A stretch of DNA of 64,000 nucleotides, taken from IMG/VR virus record IMGVR_UViG_3300020473_002209, positions 32,001-96,000 of that record; one strand, given 5' to 3'. A program made the translations under genes and the position numbers. Positions 56,983-64,000 of the stretch are shown here, piece by piece (the stretch's first letter is position 1; every line of letters starts with the position of its first letter). The DNA is from a virus. The notes below the pieces were generated by a model. The model worked only from the letters and a program-made list of their open reading frames with translations. It made no database searches and was not told the origin of the DNA.

Positions 56983-59001
56983 ATGAGTGGGATTGTATAT
57001 AAGCTTTCGAAGCAATGCTCGAAGGCATTTATTAAGACACAGGTCGACTTATTTGCTGAGCATTTTTTGGCGGCTGGTGAGTTAGAGACGCTTCTTACAG
57101 AAGCACTTGATGATAAGGACAAGCAAGAGTTTAGTGCTGCCCTAGATCAAGCAATATCGATTATGAATCAAATCAGCGATGCGACGCCAGACACTCCGGA
57201 GTGGAAAGCATTGGTTGATGCACTAAACGCCTCAGCTCCTGATATCGGTGGGGCAGAAATTATATATGATGCAGATGGAGACCCGAAGAAAAGAGCAGAG
57301 GTAGCAGCTGAATATACAAAGAGCACACAAGACATGATGGGAGAAGCCGCTGCGCTAATCCAGTGTATTGAAACAGTGAAAGGCGAGATTGGTAAATCTA
57401 AAGTCGAAGATGGTACAAAGACTGTTGGCGATCTTGCGAATGCCGCTGCAGAAGGTGGCGATGACGCACCAGACTTTCCAACACCTGATGATCTTAAGAA
57501 AGCTGTAGAAAAAACGTATGTTGTACCTGATTGGTATAACAAGGCATGGGAGTCTGGCTCTAAAGAAGCTGAAGCAGAGAGCGGCGGTTTCTTTAAGAAG
57601 GTTATGGGTTTCATAGGTAAGCTTTTTGGTGGTGACGATTCAGGAAATATTGTTGCAGATGATATGGTTCTTGCAGCAATTATGTCATCTCCTTTTGAAG
57701 AGTTTGCAGCTATAAACCTTCAGAAGCTTCAGCAAGAGCTCGTCGGTGTAACAGAGGATATCGGTGCCGAAACAGCAGAAGCCTCAGCAGCAGCCGCGCA
57801 AGCCCAGGGCGGAGCCGATGCCGCGGCATCTGCCACAGCTGACATGAAAGCTGCTGCTCAAGGTGCTGAGGTACTTAAAAAGAATCCTGATGTTGCAAAA
57901 AATACTTTTACCGCTGCCAAGGAAGTTTTAGAACCATCCGACGCAGCAGCTGTTGAGGCTGGTATGGCTGGCAAGCTTGATGCTTTGACACCTCGCCAAC
58001 AGCAGATTGTAGCTCTGATTTTACAGCTATTTGGGTCTGGTCCTGATGCTGCATCACCTGAACAAGTTGCGGATGTTGCCGACAAGGCTGATGACGCAGC
58101 AGATGAAGAGGTTGCAAAAGACTTTAAGAATTTAGCAGCTCTAGCAGATCTCGGTACCAAGCACTTAGGCGATGGCGGGGATGAGCTTGTAAAGAATATG
58201 CTTAGTGATGAAGAAGCAAGCAAGGTTTTTGCTGCTCACTATTCTCGTCCTGGAGCTGCGATCCATGAAAGTACGTTGTTGAACCTATTGTTTGAGGAAG
58301 AGGAAGGTATTCCTTTTGAAGACGTTGTCACCGCCTTTTCCACTGCTGGTAAAGCTACAGGCCTCGAACCCGGTGAAGAAGAAATAACAGCCTGGGCGAC
58401 GGATGTGAATGACCAAGGATTACTTGACAAGGCAATTGCAATTGCTGGTGAGGAAGGCGGAGAAGAGGGAGAAGAAGGCGCACCCGCTTCCGAAGAGGAA
58501 GCAGCAGAAGAACAAGAGACCGCACAGGCAGAACTCGAATCAGCTGCTCAAGAAGCAGCTGCTGAAGAAGCACCGCCCGCAGTTGCAGTCGCCGCCGCTT
58601 TAGACAATTGGATGGGCGGATTATCAAAATCATCCCAACAATCTCTAGCTGCAAAGGATCGTATTGGTGGTCTAAAAGATTTGGTAAATACAGCTCTTGA
58701 AGATGCAGCTAAAGCTATTGAGGGTGAAGTTGAAGCAGCTATTGATATATGGCGCGGAGAACACGAAGAAACTTTGATGAAGAGTAAGCGTTTCGCAAAG
58801 AAGAATTTTGATTCTCTTTCGCAGCTGATCCCGCAAATTGCTGCTCAAATGTTAAAAGTTACAGCAGAAAACAATGTTCGACTTACTCGTGGTATGGTAC
58901 GAAAAACAGTGTATCGTCATCTCGATAGAAAGTTTGGTCGTCATGGAATGTTAATCGAGTCAACGCGCTGGGAAGCGTTAGCAGGAATTCGGAGTAAATG
59001 A
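56983..59001 (+). CDS. Large acidic Ala-rich protein, probable internal head/ejection protein
   Basis: LLTE, IHES and LLFEE sites; C-terminal IESTRWEALAGI shared with the scaffold. Confidence 0.55.
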   Translation: MSGIVYKLSKQCSKAFIKTQVDLFAEHFLAAGELETLLTEALDDKDKQEFSAALDQAISIMNQISDATPDTPEWKALVDALNASAPDIGGAEIIYDADGDPKKRAEVAAEYTKSTQDMMGEAAALIQCIETVKGEIGKSKVEDGTKTVGDLANAAAEGGDDAPDFPTPDDLKKAVEKTYVVPDWYNKAWESGSKEAEAESGGFFKKVMGFIGKLFGGDDSGNIVADDMVLAAIMSSPFEEFAAINLQKLQQELVGVTEDIGAETAEASAAAAQAQGGADAAASATADMKAAAQGAEVLKKNPDVAKNTFTAAKEVLEPSDAAAVEAGMAGKLDALTPRQQQIVALILQLFGSGPDAASPEQVADVADKADDAADEEVAKDFKNLAALADLGTKHLGDGGDELVKNMLSDEEASKVFAAHYSRPGAAIHESTLLNLLFEEEEGIPFEDVVTAFSTAGKATGLEPGEEEITAWATDVNDQGLLDKAIAIAGEEGGEEGEEGAPASEEEAAEEQETAQAELESAAQEAAAEEAPPAVAVAAALDNWMGGLSKSSQQSLAAKDRIGGLKDLVNTALEDAAKAIEGEVEAAIDIWRGEHEETLMKSKRFAKKNFDSLSQLIPQIAAQMLKVTAENNVRLTRGMVRKTVYRHLDRKFGRHGMLIESTRWEALAGIRSK

Positions 59002-59462
59002 TGGCAGATGCAGCTTTTTTATTAGAAGTGCTAAAGTTCGAATATGACAGTCGGCTTAATGAAGTTATGGGTGAGTCTGATGTTTTTGATGACAGAGGGA
59101 ACCTAATCCTTTCACCTGACTTAAAGGTACGCCACAAGAAGTCTGGATATGAATATACGATTGCGCATGTGAAGGGTGATAAGCCCGGAGATATACAGAT
59201 TGTTTTGCGTGAACCTGAAGAACCGCGCTTCGACCCCCCAGGCGGCGGTGAAGAAGTATTAGGCGGTCCAGATGATGCAGGCGCTCTTAACGAAGAAGAT
59301 GCCGACCCAAGGATACCTGATTTACTAGACCCAGAAGCAGGCCCCGTTGATGTTGACGCTCAAGTACAAGCAATCGCGCAGGTCGCAGATGAAGAACCGC
59401 AAGATGAAGTTGTCTTTGTGATCGATCAAGAAGAGTTTGAAAAAGAATATGAGGTGGATTAA
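58998..59462 (+). CDS. Hypothetical acidic protein
   Basis: Coupled start; RLNE/ALNE motifs. Confidence 0.6.
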   Translation: MMADAAFLLEVLKFEYDSRLNEVMGESDVFDDRGNLILSPDLKVRHKKSGYEYTIAHVKGDKPGDIQIVLREPEEPRFDPPGGGEEVLGGPDDAGALNEEDADPRIPDLLDPEAGPVDVDAQVQAIAQVADEEPQDEVVFVIDQEEFEKEYEVD

Positions 59463-59464
59463 AC

Positions 59465-60184
59465 ATGCCAATAGATGAGAAAGAAATATTGAAAGCGATA
59501 AATGAGACCCTCTATAAGGACTCAGAGAAGCCGCAGCAGCCTCTTTCGGAAGCTTATGTGGTTCAAGCGAAGAATTATGAAATTAACACTGACATGCTCA
59601 GTGAGAAGGCTATTAAGGCAAATGTAGAGAATCTACATGAGTATGTCGACGCGCTAAATGAAGTCTCCGCAAAGCTGGACTCTGTTGACAGATCCGAGGC
59701 GAACCCTAAGGATTCTTCATTTAGAGGTATTAAGCAGGAAGAAGCCTATAATATAAATGGCTCATTTCTTTCAGCTTACTATTTCGATAACATAGCGGAT
59801 CCAACCTCAAAGATCTCAATGGACAGCTTGGCATACATGAGACTTACACGTGATTTCGGTACGTTCGAAGACTGGCAAAAAGACTTTATTGCATGTGGAA
59901 TGGCTTCTCGTGATGGATGGGTATGTACCGTATACAACGGTTTTCTAAATCGCTACATGAATATATTCATTGACGGTAATGAGGTAGGGGTCCCAATGTG
60001 CTCTGTACCGATTATCGTATTGTCAGTGCAAGAGCGAGCATATTTCAGAGATTACCTCAATGATCGCAAGAAGTACATCTTCGCGATGATGAAAGAGCTT
60101 AACTGGGAGCTTGTCAACGCACGAGTTAAAAGAGCTGATAAACTTGCGAAGTTATTTTCAGCCGGCTTAGGGAGCGAAAAATGA
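59465..60184 (+). CDS. Fe/Mn superoxide dismutase homologue lacking metal ligands
   Basis: RDFGTFEDWQKDF, GW, PIIVL, AYFRDY.N.RKKY, NWELVNAR give the SOD fold; DxWEH is replaced by SVQER. Confidence 0.7.
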   Translation: MPIDEKEILKAINETLYKDSEKPQQPLSEAYVVQAKNYEINTDMLSEKAIKANVENLHEYVDALNEVSAKLDSVDRSEANPKDSSFRGIKQEEAYNINGSFLSAYYFDNIADPTSKISMDSLAYMRLTRDFGTFEDWQKDFIACGMASRDGWVCTVYNGFLNRYMNIFIDGNEVGVPMCSVPIIVLSVQERAYFRDYLNDRKKYIFAMMKELNWELVNARVKRADKLAKLFSAGLGSEK

Positions 60185-60837
60185 AAAGAGACCAATTAAA
60201 AGAATACTTTCAAAGAGCTTATAAGGGCACGCTTCTTGAGCAGGATGACCCATTTGCAGCCGATGATGAAGGCGGCGAAGAAGGCGGCGACGAAGGTGGG
60301 GAAGAAGAAGGTGGCGATGATCCCTTTGGCGGCGAAGAAGAAGGCGGAGATGAAGGTGGAGAAGAAGAGGGTGGTGATGAAGGTGGTGAAGAAGAAGCTG
60401 AAGATGAGGGTCCCAAAGCCGAGGAAGAAGATGAGGTTCGCTTTGGCAAGTCTTTAGATGACCAGCTTCAAGCTATTTTTATCGACATAGAGTCCGACTC
60501 TATCAAGAGCGCTCAAGTACAAGAAGAAGGGTATTCTCTGAAGAGAACGCTGCTAAGAGAAGCAGATGAAGTTACTATCGATGTCGATCGTTTTGCTGCT
60601 GAGACAGCAAGGCTGATCTTAAACTTTGATGCATTTTTCGATATTGAAGAGCTGATAATGTCTAAAGCTAGAAGCTTTTTATTGGACAAATACGGCGAAG
60701 AAATCGCGGATGAAGTAGGTGAGCTTCTTGCAACACGTCACGACATCAGAAAGAAAGAAGACCACACCGCCAAGCAAGAGGAATACGATGAACAGGTTCC
60801 AATCGCAGTCGGTGCCACAGCTGCAGGCGGTCCATGA
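60181..60837 (+). CDS. Acidic low-complexity protein (GGEEEGGDE repeats)
   Basis: TLLEQ and LLRE motifs; Gly/Glu repeat tract at about 60265-60410. Confidence 0.6.
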   Translation: MKRDQLKEYFQRAYKGTLLEQDDPFAADDEGGEEGGDEGGEEEGGDDPFGGEEEGGDEGGEEEGGDEGGEEEAEDEGPKAEEEDEVRFGKSLDDQLQAIFIDIESDSIKSAQVQEEGYSLKRTLLREADEVTIDVDRFAAETARLILNFDAFFDIEELIMSKARSFLLDKYGEEIADEVGELLATRHDIRKKEDHTAKQEEYDEQVPIAVGATAAGGP

Positions 60838-61121
60838 GTAACTGGGTCAAAAAGAAGTCAGTCCATTTTAACCTTCTTACTGAGACCCATGCTGAATTTC
60901 GTGTACTTGCTTTTAGGAAAAAGCTGTCAATGCAAGAGATTGTTGATGGTTTAATTTCTCGGCTCGTTAACGGAGATCCCGCTTTAGTTAAAATAGTTGA
61001 TAAGATAGCAGATGACAAGTCAAATAAAGAGCTAAGAAAAGTTATTGGTACTGACGCAGAGAGCGTATTCGACGTGATTGAAAGGTACGATACGCTAAAG
61101 AATTCTTCCGAGGAGAAATAA
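60834..61121 (+). CDS. Ribbon-helix-helix-like DNA-binding protein
   Basis: KSVHFNL (strand), TETHAEFRVLAFRKK (helix), LSMQEIVDGLISRL (helix). Confidence 0.55.
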   Translation: MSNWVKKKSVHFNLLTETHAEFRVLAFRKKLSMQEIVDGLISRLVNGDPALVKIVDKIADDKSNKELRKVIGTDAESVFDVIERYDTLKNSSEEK

Positions 61122-61122
61122 T

Positions 61123-61389
61123 ATGTCGTGGTGGCCGTGGAGAAGTAAAAAAGCTAAAGAGCTAGAGGAAGCGAAAGAAAGAATACTCCAGCTCGAGCGA
61201 GACTACCGTTCTTTAGCGTTAACGCTACAAAACCTCCAGAGCGCCATCGTGGCTATCTCGAGAAACAATGACTTGGTCGCCAACGACGTCCGGAACATTC
61301 AGGATATGGTTTCACATTTTCTACAAGACGTTGACCCAACGTCGATGATACTTGGGCTTTCTTCATCCCCAAGTAGAGACGATAATTAA
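61123..61389 (+). CDS. Hypothetical coiled-coil protein
   Basis: GAGGAG RBS; heptad pattern. Confidence 0.6.
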   Translation: MSWWPWRSKKAKELEEAKERILQLERDYRSLALTLQNLQSAIVAISRNNDLVANDVRNIQDMVSHFLQDVDPTSMILGLSSSPSRDDN

Positions 61390-61423
61390 CTTCATCCATA
61401 TTTAGTGTTATAATTTGGAGGTT

Positions 61424-61666
61424 ATGATGGGCGATAATGAAATAGACATACTTGAAGCTAAGGCTCTTGTTGAAGGAGAAAAGCTTGGTATTGTAGATAG
61501 GATCGTTGGCAGAATCATCTCGAGGAAGTTTTTTGTATTCTTGACAGCGACTGGACTTTTGGCTTGGGCTGGTCTTGATAGTGAGACTTGGGGAATGATT
61601 GCCATGATCTATATCGGTGGCCAGTCCGTAATCGACGCCGCCATCGCATGGAGACACGGTAAATAA
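61424..61666 (+). CDS. Holin-like small membrane protein
   Basis: ISRKFFVF followed by two TM segments ending YIGGQSVIDA; ATATTTA at 61398. Confidence 0.55.
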   Translation: MMGDNEIDILEAKALVEGEKLGIVDRIVGRIISRKFFVFLTATGLLAWAGLDSETWGMIAMIYIGGQSVIDAAIAWRHGK

Positions 61667-62067
61667 TGATAACGTGGTTAGCTTTTAAGGTTTGGGCTGC
61701 ATCAGCTTGGAAGTCTTTCATTGAGTTCTGCAGAGAACGATGGGAGCTGCTGGTTGGTGTTCTTGTGGGCGTGCTGGGTATGCTTACATTGACTCGCGGA
61801 TCGAGAGATGCCGCAAAAGCTTTAGAAGAAAAGAATAAGCTTATTGACACTCTGGTTGCCAGTGAACAGGACGCAACCGAAAAAGAGCGAGAAGCATTAA
61901 AGAAAAATTTAGAAAATTTCTTGTCTGCAAATGAAGAAGCAGAAGAGAAGTTTAGAGAAAAAATGGAATCTCTTGATGAAGAGAAGAAGAACAGCGTAAA
62001 AGAAATATTGAAGTCCGAGTCGCCGGAGGAAGAGATTGCTAGACGACTTAGGGAATATTTGGATTAG
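61666..62067 (+). CDS. Membrane-anchored coiled-coil protein (i-spanin-like)
   Basis: TM segment LLVGVLVGVLGMLTL followed by a charged coiled coil; coupled to the holin-like gene. Confidence 0.45.
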   Translation: MITWLAFKVWAASAWKSFIEFCRERWELLVGVLVGVLGMLTLTRGSRDAAKALEEKNKLIDTLVASEQDATEKEREALKKNLENFLSANEEAEEKFREKMESLDEEKKNSVKEILKSESPEEEIARRLREYLD

Positions 62068-62111
62068 ACCGAATATTTAATGAAGTAATATCGACCGCTT
62101 AGGGGATACAA

Positions 62112-63101
62112 ATGAAAACAAGCAAAACTCTAAAAGAAGTTTTTGGAATCCAGCCCACAAGAACAAAGGCCGTGAAGCTTGGTGGAAGCCAGTTACGGAA
62201 CATAATCTTAAATGAAATTCGAGAAGTCTTAAAGGAAGATGCCGACCCTAAGGCGGTGGATCCTGAGCGCTTTCCGCTCCCGCTCTCTGCAGTTGCTGGC
62301 GACAAAGACAAGGCGATGCAGCTAACGCAGTCTGGAAAGGATGATGTCGACGGCGGAAAGGCAGATGACGTTATCGGCGTCGGCGGCGCTTCATTCTCTG
62401 TTTCAGAGTTGAAGCCTTCACAGTCTAGTATGAACATTGAAAAGGCACTAAGCATGGCTCTTGGTATGATTAGAGATGATCAAGCAGGTGGAGACCTTGG
62501 TGCTTTTATTTCTAGTGACAAGCATATTATGGATGGCCACCACAGGTGGGTTGCTACTGCCATGGTCGATCCATCAGCAGAGATTGGCGGATATGGTGTC
62601 GAGTTTCCAGCTGATAAGTTGATCCCGGTTCTTAACGCGCTTACTGTCGGTCGCTTTGGTGTAACTGCTGGTAAGCCTGCGACTGGTGGGTTTGACCAAT
62701 TTGAAGAGGGCCCGATTAGAGACCAGCTCAATGTATATCTCCAGAACGGTGCATACCAAATGGAGCCTGAAGTCGTGCAGCAGACAATCGAAAAGTTCAC
62801 TGGAGAGGTTGGAGAAGCAGCAGTAGATGCAGCTGTTGACAAGTTCGTTGAGAACCTTGGCGCTGTTAGCTTCGACCTTCCTGGTGGCGCGCCTTCTCGC
62901 GAAGACATGCCAGTGATTGATGAGCCTGATGTACCAGACGCAGTTGCTGCTCTTTCAGCTGGTGAAGTTGATGTCAATGAGCCCTATGGCTGGGAAGAGG
63001 GTGAAGAAAAAGAAGAGAGTACTACCACCGAGTCTCAGTTTTCTAGGGATGATGTAATCCTTGAGCGCTGGCGTAAAATGGCTGGTTTACTAACAGACTG
63101 A
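62112..63101 (+). CDS. ParB/Srx-like domain protein with head-protein motifs
   Basis: LKPSQ...ISSDKHIMDGHHRW; N-terminal LRNIILNEIREVLKE; C-terminal LERWRKMAGL; ATATTTA at 62073. Confidence 0.65.
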   Translation: MKTSKTLKEVFGIQPTRTKAVKLGGSQLRNIILNEIREVLKEDADPKAVDPERFPLPLSAVAGDKDKAMQLTQSGKDDVDGGKADDVIGVGGASFSVSELKPSQSSMNIEKALSMALGMIRDDQAGGDLGAFISSDKHIMDGHHRWVATAMVDPSAEIGGYGVEFPADKLIPVLNALTVGRFGVTAGKPATGGFDQFEEGPIRDQLNVYLQNGAYQMEPEVVQQTIEKFTGEVGEAAVDAAVDKFVENLGAVSFDLPGGAPSREDMPVIDEPDVPDAVAALSAGEVDVNEPYGWEEGEEKEESTTTESQFSRDDVILERWRKMAGLLTD

Positions 63102-63118
63102 TCAACATACAATTCTGT

Positions 63119-63568
63119 ATGAAGTTTTTTAATACAGTGGTTGTTGCGTGGATTTGCGCATTTTTAGTGGTGTATCCAGCTGTTTCTCATGCTGGTGAGC
63201 CTGTGCCTATCAATGAAGGTGACCCGGCACCCTTCACTGGCGTCATACTTACAACAGAAGATGCAGCAAATCTTCTAGCTGATCTTGAACAGCAGAATGC
63301 ACGTTGTCAAGCAAATATTGATTTAGCAGTCGCAACTGCTGTAGCAGCAAAGCAGCTAGAGCTAGATACATGTAATTCTAACTTTCAAATTCGTACCGAT
63401 TTTTATAATACCCAGCTGTCTGCATACCGGGATTACAATGGATATTTAGAAGAGAGACTAACAAAGCCTAAGCTTTCTCCGGAATGGGCTTTAGTTATAG
63501 GGATTGTCGCTGGGGTTGGTATTACCATCGGCGCGGGTGTTGCAATGAATCAAGCGGCATCTCGATAG
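63119..63568 (+). CDS. Exported coiled-coil protein with C-terminal TM (spanin-like?)
   Basis: Signal peptide (VSHA/G), coiled coil, C-terminal WALVIGIVAGVGITIGAG. Confidence 0.45.
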   Translation: MKFFNTVVVAWICAFLVVYPAVSHAGEPVPINEGDPAPFTGVILTTEDAANLLADLEQQNARCQANIDLAVATAVAAKQLELDTCNSNFQIRTDFYNTQLSAYRDYNGYLEERLTKPKLSPEWALVIGIVAGVGITIGAGVAMNQAASR

Positions 63569-63613
63569 AAAAACTACTAAACTTCTTCATATTTAGTAGG
63601 TGAGGTGGCAATA

Positions 63614-64000
63614 ATGACTAACAAGAATTTTGGTAATTTAAGAGCTCAAGCAAGAGCGCTACTTTTTGAACAGGCTTTCGGGTACCCCGAATACAGCGAG
63701 TCTAGCTGGGCCGATGGTGAAAGAGCAGGCACCCAGTTTGTGGATGATGGCCCAGAGGAAGAAGATCCGATGGATATGCCGATCAGCCCCGCGCCCCAGA
63801 TGGCAACACAGCTTAGCGAAGATGAGCCGCCAGTTGACGATCCAGAGTACGCTCCAGTTAATACTCAAGATTTGGCCCGGGCACTTTACACGCTTGCGCA
63901 GAAATTACCTGATGACCCAAAAATCGCAGGAAAAACTTACGAAAAATTCAAAAAGTTTGTTGATGACCATGAGGTCGTTAGCGTGCAAGTTGAAGACCAG
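63614..64000 (+). CDS. Partial acidic protein (runs off the window)
   Basis: GAGG RBS, ATG at 63614, open to the window end; ALLFEQ motif; ATATTTA at 63589. Confidence 0.6.
   Translation, partial: MTNKNFGNLRAQARALLFEQAFGYPEYSESSWADGERAGTQFVDDGPEEEDPMDMPISPAPQMATQLSEDEPPVDDPEYAPVNTQDLARALYTLAQKLPDDPKIAGKTYEKFKKFVDDHEVVSVQVEDQ

Noticed and set aside
60265-60410. GAAGAAGGCGGC-type tandem repeats as a CRISPR array or VNTR element (also about 775-845)
   Set aside because: They are in-frame low-complexity Gly/Glu coding tracts, with no constant repeat and unique spacer structure.
1-64000. Stop-codon reassignment as seen in some large phages
   Set aside because: Genes are full length under the standard code, and TAA, TAG and TGA all end conserved proteins at expected positions.
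1-64000. tRNA or rRNA genes
   Set aside because: Intergenic gaps are short, and no cloverleaf with T-loop/D-loop consensus was found by eye.

Overview
This is a gene-dense segment of a large (jumbo-type) contractile-tailed dsDNA phage genome, coded entirely on the + strand with the standard genetic code. 1-29.6 kb is the virion module: scaffold, T4 gp23-like major capsid, neck, two tandem tail sheaths, tube, tail chaperone with a probable frameshift, tape measure and baseplate. 29.6-49.8 kb covers replication and metabolism: mini-PolA, DEDDh exonuclease, gp32-like SSB, RecA, 5'-3' exonuclease, helicase, class II RNR, ClpP, endolysin, type II glutamine synthetase, ThyX, MBD4-like glycosylase, dCTPase-like enzyme, J-domain protein and DnaE. 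49.9-56.9 kb is the highlight, a compact DNA-hypermodification operon. It joins a dCMP-type thymidylate-synthase homologue, UDP-galactopyranose mutase, a T4 beta-glucosyltransferase-like enzyme, a dNMP kinase, an NDP-sugar epimerase, a cupin, a DHH enzyme, an MT-A70 methylase and dCMP deaminase. Together these predict furanose-sugar (e.g. galactofuranosyl) hydroxymethylcytosine DNA. 57-64 kb holds probable internal head proteins (including a pseudo-SOD and a ParB-like protein) and lysis genes. All homology calls come from motif recognition by eye and from memory; no database search was run.
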